DNA of 54,765 nt from Candidatus Eiseniibacteriota bacterium (GCA_034440375.1 JAWXBZ010000112.1:1-54765), one strand, 5' to 3'. Positions 17,557 through 28,008 are shown, counted from the first letter of the stretch. Notes: generated by a model from the sequence alone, not told the origin. Made by a program: numbers and translations.

Positions 17557-20037
17557 ATGACGATGATCCGTAAGTCGATGATCCAGGCTACTTTGGCCAT
17601 TTTGATTTCCGGGATTGTCGGAATCTCCGAAGCGCAGGTCAGTCGCAACGTGACACTGCTGGCGCATATCGACAGCTACAGTGAGTATGCCGCCGGCTGC
17701 TCATACGTTCACGCGGACGGTCGGGAGTACGCCTGTATCGGCACCAATACCGGTACGGCCATCTATCGGATCACGGTGCCCACGGCGCCGGTCCTCGTGG
17801 CCTTTATCCCGGGGCCCGCGTCCAGCTGGCGCGAGATGAAACCGTACGGCGATCATGTCTACATCGTAAGCGAGGGCGCCGGCGCCGGAGCTGGCCTCCA
17901 GATCGTGCGCATGACCAATCCGGACGCACCGGTCCTCGCCGCCACCTGGACTGGACAGTTCACCACAGCGCACACCGTGACCATCGACAAGGATCGGGCG
18001 ATCCTCTGGGCCAACGGCGCCAACGGGTCGACGGGCGGCATGCACGCGCTGTCACTGGCTAATCCCGAGGCACCGGTATGGCTCGGGGCCTACTTCAACC
18101 ACTATGCGCACGACAGCCATGTGCGCGGCAATCGCCTCTTCGTGGCCTCCATCTATCAGGGCCTGGAGGTCGTCCTCGACGTGACGAACCCGGCGAGCAT
18201 CATCGAGCTGGCCCAGTGGTCGACACCCGGCCAGTTCACGCACAACAGCTGGTTGTCCGACGATGGCCAGTATCTCTTCACGACCGACGAAAACTCGACC
18301 GGCTACCTGACGGTGTATGACGTATCCAATCTCCCCGCCGTGACCGAGGTGGCCCAGTATTCGGCCAACCCCAACGCCATCGTCCACAACGTCCGCGTGA
18401 AAGGCGACACGGCCTTTGTGTCCTACTACACCGAAGGCGTACGGCTCCTGGACATTTCCGACCCGACGACACCGGCGGAGTTCGGCTACTACGACACCTG
18501 GCCCGGCGCATCGGGCGGTTCCAATGGCAACTGGGATGTCGATCCGTTCTTCGCCTCGGGGGTCTTCATGGTCACCGACATCCAATCAGGGCTCTGGCTC
18601 TTCCGCGCCGAACCTGACTACGGGATCATCGAGGGAACAGTGACCGAATCCGGGCCGGGAACGCCGGTGGCCGGCGTTGATGTGTCGGTCGAGGGGACCA
18701 GTTCACGCTTCCTGACGTACGACTCGGGACGTTACGCGTTTGCCCTGGATGCCGGCAGCTGGACGCTCGACTTCGACAAGTTCGGCTTTTTCCCGGCCAC
18801 GGAAACGAGATCGCTCAGCCTGAACCAGACGGTGATCCTGGACAAGGCAATCATCCGCATGCCGGTCGGGGCGATCAGTGGCGTCGTGACCGGCGGCGTT
18901 GCCGAGACGCCGCTCGTCGGCGCGCAGCTTCATTTGCATGAAACGCCGCTGAAAACGACCAGCGTGGCTCTCGGGGCCTACAACTTTCCCGATGTACCGG
19001 AAAACAGCTGGCTCCTCGAGGCCGAACGGCCAGGCTACCTTCCCGCCACCCGTCAAGTTCAGGTTACCGGCGGCAACACGACCACGGTCGATCTCAACCT
19101 CACGGCGCTCAATTTTTACTACGATGTCGAATCGGCTGCCGGCTGGGCCCTGTCCGCCACCGGTGACAACGCCACCACGGCGGGGCGCTGGATACGCGCC
19201 GATCCGGTCGGCACCGGTCCGCAGGCGCCTGCCGTTGTGCCATTGCGGGGCTCCGTGAACCCCCAGCACCACCCGGAATACGAGAGCGGCCCGCAAAGCG
19301 GTCAGCCGGAGAACGATAATACGCCGGCCCCGGGCACCTTCTGCTTCATTACCGGCAACGGCGTGCCGGGCGGCTCGATTGGCGCCGCCGATGTGGATGG
19401 TGGTCGGACGACCCTCGTCTCGTCGAACATCAACATGGCCGGAACGACCGATCCACACATCACGTTCTACTACTGGTTTGTGAACGACGTCGGCTCGAAT
19501 CCGGGCGAGGACGCGTTCGACATCGCCATCTCCAGCGACGGCGGCACGATCTGGGTGCCGGTGGCCTCCATCCTCCTCTCCAACCACGAATGGACGGCCT
19601 ACGACTTCCGGGTGCTCGACTTTGTGACGCCGACCGCCACCATCAAGGTGCGGTTCATCGCTCAGGACCTGCTTGGCGGTTCGGTCGTCGAGGCCGGTGT
19701 CGATGACTTCGGCTGGTACGAACCGGTGCCGCAGTCGGGCACGCCGGATCGACCCGTGCCGATCGTGGCCGGCGCGCTCACCGCCGGACCGAATCCGTTT
19801 CTCGTGGCCGCCGAGCTCTCGCTCACCATGGCCTCGGCCGGACGGCTGGAGGTGCGTGTGTTCGATGCCGCGGGACGGCTGGTTCGCACGCTGCATGACG
19901 GGGAGGCCTCGTCCGTCTGGAGCGCCCGCTGGGACGGACACGACGACCAGGGACGCTCGGTGCCGCCGGGAATCTACTTCGTCCGAGCGGCGGGGAACGA
20001 CTTTGAGCGATCGACGCGGGTCGTCCGGCTTCGTTGA
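17557..20037 (+). CDS. secreted LVIVD/choice-of-anchor-B-like protein with carboxypeptidase-regulatory-like repeats and FlgD-Ig C-terminal domain
   Basis: Signal peptide, WREMK, YAHD, THNSWLS..TTDE, IVHN, SYYTEG, and C-terminal GPNPF..VFDAAGRLVRTL..WDG.D..GR.VPPGIYFVR. Confidence 0.8.
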   Translation: MTMIRKSMIQATLAILISGIVGISEAQVSRNVTLLAHIDSYSEYAAGCSYVHADGREYACIGTNTGTAIYRITVPTAPVLVAFIPGPASSWREMKPYGDHVYIVSEGAGAGAGLQIVRMTNPDAPVLAATWTGQFTTAHTVTIDKDRAILWANGANGSTGGMHALSLANPEAPVWLGAYFNHYAHDSHVRGNRLFVASIYQGLEVVLDVTNPASIIELAQWSTPGQFTHNSWLSDDGQYLFTTDENSTGYLTVYDVSNLPAVTEVAQYSANPNAIVHNVRVKGDTAFVSYYTEGVRLLDISDPTTPAEFGYYDTWPGASGGSNGNWDVDPFFASGVFMVTDIQSGLWLFRAEPDYGIIEGTVTESGPGTPVAGVDVSVEGTSSRFLTYDSGRYAFALDAGSWTLDFDKFGFFPATETRSLSLNQTVILDKAIIRMPVGAISGVVTGGVAETPLVGAQLHLHETPLKTTSVALGAYNFPDVPENSWLLEAERPGYLPATRQVQVTGGNTTTVDLNLTALNFYYDVESAAGWALSATGDNATTAGRWIRADPVGTGPQAPAVVPLRGSVNPQHHPEYESGPQSGQPENDNTPAPGTFCFITGNGVPGGSIGAADVDGGRTTLVSSNINMAGTTDPHITFYYWFVNDVGSNPGEDAFDIAISSDGGTIWVPVASILLSNHEWTAYDFRVLDFVTPTATIKVRFIAQDLLGGSVVEAGVDDFGWYEPVPQSGTPDRPVPIVAGALTAGPNPFLVAAELSLTMASAGRLEVRVFDAAGRLVRTLHDGEASSVWSARWDGHDDQGRSVPPGIYFVRAAGNDFERSTRVVRLR

Positions 20038-20849
20038 CGCGCCATGCGCGCCGGTTTGGGCGCCGGATTCCTGATCACTTTTCGAATCTGTTGCGGTTGA
20101 TGGTGCTGGCCGCGGTCGTGTTGTTCACCGCGGTCGGCGGTGCCGCCCGGGCCGCCCACGCAGAAGCTATCCTCACCCCGATCAACCCGGGCACGGCGCT
20201 GCCGGCCATCGATGGAATCCGGGACCCCGTCTTCGAGCAGTTGCTGCGATTCAACCTCGGCATGCCCTCGGGCCACTTCAGCGGGGCCGAGTTGATTCGC
20301 CGCGTCGATTCCAGCGGCCGGCCCTCTCCGATCCCCTATCGCGGGGTCATCTGGCAACGGCGCACGCCCCTGGCGGATTCCAGCGGCACATCCGTGGAAA
20401 CCGTCTTCGATCGTCCGATCGACCTGCCGGTGCCGTACGACATCCTGGGCTATCACCCCGGTTCGTTCCGCACGACGGGTCGCTTCGTCCTGCGCGAGGA
20501 GAGGCTGGGCGATCTCTTGCTGCCTGATGATCGCGAACGGCCGGCGACGCCGATTCCGCCGGTCACGATCACGGATGTCCACCTCTTCGTCCTGACCGAA
20601 GGCGCGCTCGACATTGACATCGACGGCTGGCTGGACAAACTGGCCGGCGGAAACCTCGACGATACGACAATTCGGGCCCTGTCGGTCTTCCGGCGCGATG
20701 GCCGCTGGTATGGGCTGGCGCTCGGCGTGAATCCCGAGGGGCAGGGACGCTCGGGGGTTTTTGATTTCGGCACCGAAAAGGTTCTGTACCCGACGCCCGA
20801 GGACTTCAAGATCGTGGCGCGTTACCTGAGGCGGCAGCTCCGCCAGTAG
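20034..20849 (+). CDS. hypothetical exported protein (start may be ATG 20100)
   Basis: Signal-like N-terminus, coupled to the upstream gene, no recognised family. Confidence 0.6.
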   Translation: MTRHARRFGRRIPDHFSNLLRLMVLAAVVLFTAVGGAARAAHAEAILTPINPGTALPAIDGIRDPVFEQLLRFNLGMPSGHFSGAELIRRVDSSGRPSPIPYRGVIWQRRTPLADSSGTSVETVFDRPIDLPVPYDILGYHPGSFRTTGRFVLREERLGDLLLPDDRERPATPIPPVTITDVHLFVLTEGALDIDIDGWLDKLAGGNLDDTTIRALSVFRRDGRWYGLALGVNPEGQGRSGVFDFGTEKVLYPTPEDFKIVARYLRRQLRQ

Positions 20850-21376
20850 TTGCTCACCGCGGCCAGGAAGCGTGTGATGGTCTGCGGGTCGGACAGTTCG
20901 GTCTCGTCCACGATAGGAAGATCCGGAAAGCGGTTCATGAGTGCCCGTGCGAAGAGGCCGGTACCGGTGAGTTGGGCCGCACCCCGGAGTGGAGCGATGT
21001 CACCCGCCGAGAGCGCCTCCGCGGATACCGGCACGCGCGGACCGCACGACGGCGAACGCACCTTGAGTACGTAGCCCGACAGCTCGTACCGATCCAGTTC
21101 CTCGAGGCGAACGGCGGCCCACTCCTGCATCAAACCGGTCAGAACCCGGCGGCTCTCGACGGCGATCAGCCCGGGCGCTCGGGATTCTCCGACCAGCTCG
21201 ATTGCCTCCCGCGGCACGCCGAGGCCAATCTCCAACTCGGGGCAGACGGGAATCCACTCGACCGACCGACCGATGTCTTCCGCCACCGCCGCCGTCCACT
21301 TGTGGCCCCCGGCATGGCGAACTTCCCAGCCGATCAGACAGGCGGAGACACCGACGCGGGGTTTGCTGGAGGTCAT
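20822..21376 (-). CDS. DUF523 (2-thiouracil desulfurase-like) protein
   Basis: VSACLIG, PVCPELEIGLGVPRE, LKVRSPSCG, GTGLFA. Confidence 0.85.
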   Translation of the reverse strand: MTSSKPRVGVSACLIGWEVRHAGGHKWTAAVAEDIGRSVEWIPVCPELEIGLGVPREAIELVGESRAPGLIAVESRRVLTGLMQEWAAVRLEELDRYELSGYVLKVRSPSCGPRVPVSAEALSAGDIAPLRGAAQLTGTGLFARALMNRFPDLPIVDETELSDPQTITRFLAAVSNYWRSCRLR

Positions 21377-21383
21377 GGCAGGA

Positions 21384-21620
21384 TCAGGGACGTCGCAACC
21401 AGCGATTCATGGCCTGTCGGATATAGGCCGATCGCGCTTCGCCGGTTGGATAACGGCGGCGAAACCAGCGGGCAAGCTCCAGATTCTCTTCGATCTCTTC
21501 GAACGTCAACGGAATTGACCTCTCCCGATCGAATTCTTCCAATCGCAATGGGCGTTCGTTGAGTTCGCGGAGCTTCCGAATTGTCTCAGCGGATGGCGGG
21601 GCAATCGAGGGCCGAATCAG
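21384..21620 (-). CDS. small hypothetical partner of the nucleotidyltransferase, CTG start; not in ORF track
   Basis: 78-aa ORF ...EEIEENLELARWFRRRYPTGEARSAYIRQAMNRW. AAGGAGG upstream and a CTGA overlap with the NTase stop. Confidence 0.65.
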   Translation of the reverse strand: MIRPSIAPPSAETIRKLRELNERPLRLEEFDRERSIPLTFEEIEENLELARWFRRRYPTGEARSAYIRQAMNRWLRRP

Positions 21621-22090
21621 GGATCCTCCTTCCGCAACGACTCGAGCAGGCGAATATCCTGCATGTCCTTCGGGCGCGCCGAGAACTTCTTGGTAAGAAT
21701 CAAGTCATCGATCGATGGAACAGCGATCTCAATACTGCTCGAGTAAACAACGGACTGACGCCTTGACCAGACGTCTTCCATGGCCACGTTGATGCCATCA
21801 ATGGTGGGGACAGCACGAGCAACAAGGACATCCACATGCTCGTCATTGCAGAGGACGTATCGACCCTTGCGCCGTGCCTCTTCCGGAGTCCTCGAAGGAT
21901 GCAAATCAAAGGGCTCCAACGCCGCATTGAATATTTCCATGTCGTCGATGTGGAGCCAGAAGTCATAATCGGCGGTCATGACCGGCAGACCGAGAAACAC
22001 CAGTGCCCGGCGTCCTATGACCAGCGCCCGGGCGCCGGAGTCGCGTATGGCCGCGAAGAAGGCGGCTTCGTCGAATTGGGAGCCTCTCAT
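21617..22090 (-). CDS. nucleotidyltransferase-fold protein (DUF6036/AbiEii-like)
   Basis: VIGRRAL...TADYDFW, VDVL, SIDDLILTK..SARPKDMQDI. Confidence 0.75.
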   Translation of the reverse strand: MRGSQFDEAAFFAAIRDSGARALVIGRRALVFLGLPVMTADYDFWLHIDDMEIFNAALEPFDLHPSRTPEEARRKGRYVLCNDEHVDVLVARAVPTIDGINVAMEDVWSRRQSVVYSSSIEIAVPSIDDLILTKKFSARPKDMQDIRLLESLRKEDP

Positions 22091-22187
22091 GGCTGAAGAT
22101 TCTACCCCATTCGCATTCCAGTTGATGACGCTCCGGCTCGGCCCGCATGCCAACCCGTGTTGGGAGGCCATCGCTCGACCGGACGGT

Positions 22188-24275
22188 TCAGTCCTGAACC
22201 GTGTTCTCGATGAGGACTTCCGGCGACCGTGGGATGACCGGCTCGAACGGATCCCGGCCTGGCACGTCGATGACGGCCCGCGGCGGTGTCATTCCGAGGG
22301 TGACCGGGCCTGTCCAGCGGAACTGGCCAATGTCGGTGCCGTCCATCGTCACGAGTCCGGTGGCGACCCAGGAAGCGGGGCTGAGCACGAGTTCGTAGAA
22401 GCCGCAACGCGAATCGACATATCGGTTGATGTCACCGCTCACCGACCAGGCTGCCGAGCCGATGCCGGCACGGGTGTTGACGTGCCACTCCTGGTACAGA
22501 GTGGACTCCCCGGAGGAATGACAGTTGGACACGTACGAGATCATGAACCGCTCATCAAGCGAAAGCGGCACGCCGCCCACGGTTACCATGCCGACGAGTC
22601 GATGCTCGATCGCCCCAAAGTGAAACGACTCGTCGTAATTGCCGCTGTCATGCAGGTCGAGCGACCAGATCGTGCCGGTGTCGACTTCGCCGCTCAGGGT
22701 CCGATTGAAGTCCACGCCGCCAAAGCCCTGCGCGTCCTCGACGCCCGATGCGACAATCTCGAGGTCGACCAGGCCATCCACGTGGAGGCGGCATGCCAGG
22801 TAGCCCTTAAAATCACATCCGCCCATGACACCATTGAATGGATACGGGAGCCAGGCAGCCTGGAGACTGTCGATGGTCACCTCGACCTGGGGTCCCTCGC
22901 CCATCAATATGAGGCGGCGATCGCCGGGTGCCGGTGGTTCGTACACATAGTAGTCGTAGCCAAGGCGCCGGAGCGTTCCGACCGTCGTGAGATGCTGACC
23001 ATTAAGGTGGAAGGCGCGGGTCAGGCCGGTGATGACGAGGTTCATGGCCTGGTCGCTGATCATCGCCGCGCGATGACCACTGCGCGTCATGAGTTCCAGC
23101 GCCGCGAACAACTCGAGCTCAGGTGGGGGAGCGACAAGAGAGATGCCGGCCGACGCCCGGCTCAACGTATCGAACTGGCTCCGCGCCCAGACTCGAGCCT
23201 GGGGTGGATCAGGCAGCGTCGCGGGTGCCGTGTACAGCCCGGTCGGCGTGATCGAGCCAAAGTCTGAGCCACCCTCAACCCACCAATCGACGCCATCGTC
23301 TGGTGCGTTTTCGGCGGTACCTCTCAACTGGATTGTTCCACCTGCCGGCACGTGAACCACTGACGGAAAGATGACGACGGTGACCGGTCCGGCCAGACGA
23401 ATCGTCGCGGTGGTGCTGGCGGCAGGGCCGGCATGGCTGATGGCCCGGATGGTGGCGACCGGTGGATTTGGAAGCGTCGCGGGAGCTACATACAAGCCGG
23501 ATTCGTTGATGTCACCCCGGCTTTCCCCTTCGACGACGCTCCAGGCCACCGCCTGATCCGACGTGCCAAACACGTGAGCCGCGAATTGTCTGGTGCGCCC
23601 GATCGGCACATCGATTGATTCCGGAGAGATCTGGACGGTTACTCCGTCGAGATGGACGATCACTTCGGCGAAACGGGTCGGATCGGCCACGCTCCGGGCA
23701 ATGACCGTCACGGTCGGTGGATCGGGGGGGTGTCGCGGGGCCGTGTAAAGCCCCTGCGAATCGACGCTTCCCCGCAGTCCCGCCTCCGCTCCACCGCTTT
23801 CCACGAGCCAGTCAACATCACGATTCTCGGCTCCGACCACGATCACCGTGATCTGGGACGAAGCACCCGGCCGAAGGTGAACCACCGTGAGAGGTGCCAC
23901 GACGGCCACACCCTGTCCCGGGTTCTCGGTCACGACGTCAAGAGTCGAGTCGACATCCCCCCGGCCATTTGTCGCCACCAGCCGCAACCGATGCCGCCCG
24001 TTCAATATGTTTCGCGTGTCCCAGGTCAGGTGGTACGGCGTCGGCGCTTCGGCGACGGGTTGATCATCGGCAAAAAGCGCCACTCGATCGGCAAAAAAAG
24101 CCTCGACCTGGACCGTGACACTCCCCGCCACGACCTGCCAGGCGGCCGGCGTGATGACACCGATTGTGGGGAGTTCCGTGGCCCCGGGCCGGGACGGCTC
24201 GTCCTTGCCGCAATTCACGACGAGAAGGATCGAGAGCATCAGCAGGAGTGCCCGTATGGGGCGACGAAGCAACAT
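22188..24275 (-). CDS. lipoprotein with tandem Ig-like repeats
   Basis: LLVVNC lipobox-like sequence, a WDTR..NG.H.L Ig domain, and three V.W.V.GG..G.I...GLY.AP..P.PP repeats. Confidence 0.75.
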   Translation of the reverse strand: MLLRRPIRALLLMLSILLVVNCGKDEPSRPGATELPTIGVITPAAWQVVAGSVTVQVEAFFADRVALFADDQPVAEAPTPYHLTWDTRNILNGRHRLRLVATNGRGDVDSTLDVVTENPGQGVAVVAPLTVVHLRPGASSQITVIVVGAENRDVDWLVESGGAEAGLRGSVDSQGLYTAPRHPPDPPTVTVIARSVADPTRFAEVIVHLDGVTVQISPESIDVPIGRTRQFAAHVFGTSDQAVAWSVVEGESRGDINESGLYVAPATLPNPPVATIRAISHAGPAASTTATIRLAGPVTVVIFPSVVHVPAGGTIQLRGTAENAPDDGVDWWVEGGSDFGSITPTGLYTAPATLPDPPQARVWARSQFDTLSRASAGISLVAPPPELELFAALELMTRSGHRAAMISDQAMNLVITGLTRAFHLNGQHLTTVGTLRRLGYDYYVYEPPAPGDRRLILMGEGPQVEVTIDSLQAAWLPYPFNGVMGGCDFKGYLACRLHVDGLVDLEIVASGVEDAQGFGGVDFNRTLSGEVDTGTIWSLDLHDSGNYDESFHFGAIEHRLVGMVTVGGVPLSLDERFMISYVSNCHSSGESTLYQEWHVNTRAGIGSAAWSVSGDINRYVDSRCGFYELVLSPASWVATGLVTMDGTDIGQFRWTGPVTLGMTPPRAVIDVPGRDPFEPVIPRSPEVLIENTVQD

Positions 24276-24388
24276 GGTCCCTTCTCCTTCAGCATTCCGA
24301 CGTCGAATCCCGAGATGGTCAGGGAGGAGGATCGGAAGCGGTATTGCCAGCCAACAATTGTAGCACCGCCGGCCAAAGGTGCCGGGCC

Positions 24389-25378
24389 CTACCCCCTCAC
24401 CACATCCAACGTCCGCCGGACCCACACCGACACCATCTGCTTGCGCCAGAGACGGTCGTGATCCGTGTTATCCATCGGCCGCGCCGGGTGGGCGGCTTCG
24501 TCGGCGGCGGCCTGGATGACTTCGTCGGTCAGCAGTTTGCCTTCGAGGAGCGCCTCGGCCTCGAGGCAGCGGATCGGCGCGGACGCGATGCCGCCGATGA
24601 AGATGCGGGCAGATTCGACATGGAGCGATTCGGCGGCGGTGAACTTCATCCATGCCCCGACGCCCAGCACGGGAAAATCAAACGCGCCGCGGCGGCGCAG
24701 TTTGCGGTAGGCCGCGCGCCAGCCGTTGGTGGGCGGCAACTTGATGGCGGTGATCAACTCGCCGGGCTGCTTGTGCAGGTAATTGATGCCGTCGTTGTTG
24801 TACATCTCCTCGGCGCGGACTTCGCGCTGGCCTTCGGCCGATTCGAGTACAAAACGCGCGTCCATGGCGCACAGAATCGGAATGGCATCGCTGGAGCTGA
24901 CCGCGAGGCACTTGGGGCTGGAGAGCGCCACCCAGCAGACATCCCCATCCTTCTTCATGCAGAAGTTGATTCCCTTCCGCCACTCGTAGTTCTGGTCGTA
25001 ATAATTACAGCGAGTGTCGAGACAGAGGTTGCCGCCGATGGTGCCCATGTTGCGAAGTTGCGGCGTGGAGATGGTCCTCACGGCATCGGCAAAGCCGGGG
25101 TAGGACTCGTTCAGCATTTGATGCGATTCGAGCTCGGTCAGGGTCAGGCCGGCGCCGATGGTCATGCCGGCCGTCGGCGTCCACTCCAGCATCCGCAAGT
25201 CGGCGATCCGGTTGAGTCCGATGACCGTGGTCGGCGTTTGCTGCCGACGCTTCATGTTCGGGTAGAGATCGGTGCCACCCGCCACGTACATGGCCGTCGG
25301 CCCTTCGCCCGCGGCGATGGCCACCGCTTCGGCCACGCTGGTCGGCCGGCGGTACGCGAACTTCGGCAGACGCATCAT
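24389..25378 (-). CDS. xanthine dehydrogenase family FAD subunit with [4Fe-4S] insert (HcrB-like)
   Basis: AGGTDL, RNMGTIGGNLC, and four-Cys insert RCNYY...FCMKKDGDVC...KC. Confidence 0.88.
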   Translation of the reverse strand: MMRLPKFAYRRPTSVAEAVAIAAGEGPTAMYVAGGTDLYPNMKRRQQTPTTVIGLNRIADLRMLEWTPTAGMTIGAGLTLTELESHQMLNESYPGFADAVRTISTPQLRNMGTIGGNLCLDTRCNYYDQNYEWRKGINFCMKKDGDVCWVALSSPKCLAVSSSDAIPILCAMDARFVLESAEGQREVRAEEMYNNDGINYLHKQPGELITAIKLPPTNGWRAAYRKLRRRGAFDFPVLGVGAWMKFTAAESLHVESARIFIGGIASAPIRCLEAEALLEGKLLTDEVIQAAADEAAHPARPMDNTDHDRLWRKQMVSVWVRRTLDVVRG

Positions 25379-28008
25379 GGGCGGGATTTCCCCGCCGGCT
25401 GCGCCATACCACCGACCGGCGTCCGACGCCGCGCTGTCGGCTCACTCACGGGCCGCCCATCGCCTCCCTCGGCCGGAGTCTTCATCTTGATCGGCTCGGG
25501 CCAGTCAAACGATGGAAATTTCTTCGGGCCCACGCGCCCGGGCCGACCGGCGGCCTTCTCCCGCAATGCCTTCCACACCTTGTCCGGTGTCACCGGAATC
25601 TCGTCGATGCGGACGCCGACGGCGTCGTACACGGCGTTGGCCACGGCCGGCATGATCGGCAGGAGCGGCCCCTGGCCGACTTCCTTGGCGCCGAACGGGC
25701 CGTTGGGATCGGGATCCTCGATCAGGTAGGTGATGACGTCTGGCATCTCCATCGTCGTCAGGCTCTTGTACTCGAGGAGGCTTGGAATCTTGTGGACGAC
25801 GTTTCGATTTTCGCGATACGTCATCTCCTCCATCAACGCCTCGCCGAGTCCCATGTACACCGAGCCTTCGACCTGCCCCACCGTCAGGATGGGGTTGATG
25901 CACTGGCCGATGTCGTGGGCGATCCAGATTTTCGGCACGGTGACGATGCCGGTCTCGGGGTCGACATCCACCTCGACGACCGCGGCACTGTACGAGTACG
26001 CCGGTGATGGCCCGACGCCCGCGCCCTTGTAGTGCCCGGCCGATGGCGGCGGAACATAGCTGCCGACTGTACCGATCGTGCCGAATGTCGTTTCGGCGGC
26101 GATGACCGCCTCGGCAAAGCTCATCCCCCGCTCGGGATCCTCCGCATCAAAGACACGGCGGCCGGCAAATACCAGCCGCGACGCCGGAACCCTGGTCGGT
26201 GGTGGTCCGGCCGCCTCGCCGTGACGCGGTTTCTTCGGTGCGGAGAGTTTTTCGGAAGCCGCCCTGGCCAGCATCTCCCGCGCCCGCTCGGCCGCCTGGA
26301 TGCAGGCGTTGCCGGTCATGATCGTGACGCGGCTGGAATAGGAGCCGAGATCGACCGGAGTGAGATCGGTGTCGGCGGTCACGATGCGGATGTCGAACGG
26401 ATCGACGCCAAGGATTTCGGCGACGATGTGCGCCAGGATCGTATCCGATCCCTGGCCGATCTCGGTGGAGCCGCAGAAAACCGTGACGCCACCTCCGCGA
26501 TCGCACTTGAGCTGCACGCCCGAGTGAGGCATCGCGTTCCAGTAGATCGGCAGACCCGCGCCGGTGATGTACGAGGAGCAGGCCAGGCCGAGCCCCTTGC
26601 CGAAGGGGAGCTTTCGGAAGCGATTCTTCCAATCGGATCCCGCCACCACCTTCTCGATGCAGGCACCTAGGCCCATCGAGCCGACCTTGAGGTAGTTGGC
26701 CGTGAGCGTATTGGCCGGGTGAAGTGTTCGCAGGCGCAGGTCGGCCGGATCCAGCTCGAGCGCCTCGGCGATCTTGTCGAGATGCACCTCGAGGGCAAAG
26801 CGGGGCTGAGGCGTGCCGTGGCCGCGCTTCGGGCCGCACGGCGGCTTGTTGGTGAAGCAGCGGGCGCCTTCGAAGCGGTAGGTCGGCACCTGGTAGGTGA
26901 CCGTTTGCAATGCGCCGGTGTAAAAAGTGGAGGCCACGCCGTACGACCCGTAACCGCCACCGTCGAGCATCGACCGAAAGTGCATGCCGGTGATCGAGCC
27001 GTCTTTCCTGACGCCGGTCTTGATCCACATCAGCACCGGATGACGTCCGCGATGGCAGTAGAAAACTTCCTCGCGGGTCAGCGTCACCTTGACGGGACGT
27101 CCGGTCATCATCGAGAGCTTTGCCACCACTATCTCATGATTGAATGGATCGCTCTTGCCACCGAAGCCACCGCCATTGGGCGTGGCGATGATCCGCACAT
27201 GGCTCGGGGGCATCTCAAGGACCTTGGACACCGCCTTGTGCAGGTAGTGCGGCGTCTGCGTCGAGGACCAGAGGGTCAGCTTGTTGTCGGCATCGCAAAA
27301 CGCCAGCGTGGCATGCTGCTCCATCGGCAGGTGGGTGTTTCCCTCGAAGAACATCGTGTCCTCGAACACCCGGTCCGCACCGTCGATGGCCGCGTCCACA
27401 TCGCCAAATTCGAGCGCCACCAGCTTGTGGATGTTTCCCTCGTCGGCGTAGTCGTGGATCTGGGGCTCCGGTGTATTCAGCGCATCCTCGATGCTGCCGA
27501 TCACCTTCAGCGGCGCGTATTCAACCTTGATGAGGTTCATGGCATCGAACGCGGTGTCTTCGTCGATGGCGGCCACGGCCGCCACCGGATCGCCGATGAA
27601 GCGCACCTTGTCATAGCACAGGGCATGCTCGTCCTGGCTGACCGGCAGGATGCCGAACGGGATCGGGAAGTCACGGCCGGTGACGACGGCGAAGACGCCC
27701 GGCATGGCCTCGGCGGCGCTGGTATCGATGGAGACGATTCGTGCATGAGGCACGTGGCTGCGGAGCAACTTGGCGTAAATCATCCGCGGCATCGTCAGGT
27801 CGTCCGCAAACTTCGTGAGGCCGGTCACCTTGGCGCGGCCGTCGACGCGGCGAAAGGCCTTGCCGATGGCCTTGAAGCCTTCGCGTTCGGCGCGGGTGGG
27901 GCGGTGATCTTTTGGACCTACGAGCGGGGTCGGAGCGCCCGGAATCTCTTGACGCGGAGTTGGGCGGACGGACGGCTTTTTGCCGCCCGCCGGATCATGG
28001 TTGTCCAT
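25375..28008 (-). CDS. xanthine dehydrogenase family molybdopterin-binding subunit (HcrA-like)
   Basis: KVTG, STQTPH, GGGFGGK, KRGHG, EIGQG, SYSSRVT, GQVEG, GAKEVGQ. Confidence 0.9.
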   Translation of the reverse strand: MDNHDPAGGKKPSVRPTPRQEIPGAPTPLVGPKDHRPTRAEREGFKAIGKAFRRVDGRAKVTGLTKFADDLTMPRMIYAKLLRSHVPHARIVSIDTSAAEAMPGVFAVVTGRDFPIPFGILPVSQDEHALCYDKVRFIGDPVAAVAAIDEDTAFDAMNLIKVEYAPLKVIGSIEDALNTPEPQIHDYADEGNIHKLVALEFGDVDAAIDGADRVFEDTMFFEGNTHLPMEQHATLAFCDADNKLTLWSSTQTPHYLHKAVSKVLEMPPSHVRIIATPNGGGFGGKSDPFNHEIVVAKLSMMTGRPVKVTLTREEVFYCHRGRHPVLMWIKTGVRKDGSITGMHFRSMLDGGGYGSYGVASTFYTGALQTVTYQVPTYRFEGARCFTNKPPCGPKRGHGTPQPRFALEVHLDKIAEALELDPADLRLRTLHPANTLTANYLKVGSMGLGACIEKVVAGSDWKNRFRKLPFGKGLGLACSSYITGAGLPIYWNAMPHSGVQLKCDRGGGVTVFCGSTEIGQGSDTILAHIVAEILGVDPFDIRIVTADTDLTPVDLGSYSSRVTIMTGNACIQAAERAREMLARAASEKLSAPKKPRHGEAAGPPPTRVPASRLVFAGRRVFDAEDPERGMSFAEAVIAAETTFGTIGTVGSYVPPPSAGHYKGAGVGPSPAYSYSAAVVEVDVDPETGIVTVPKIWIAHDIGQCINPILTVGQVEGSVYMGLGEALMEEMTYRENRNVVHKIPSLLEYKSLTTMEMPDVITYLIEDPDPNGPFGAKEVGQGPLLPIMPAVANAVYDAVGVRIDEIPVTPDKVWKALREKAAGRPGRVGPKKFPSFDWPEPIKMKTPAEGGDGRPVSEPTARRRTPVGGMAQPAGKSRP

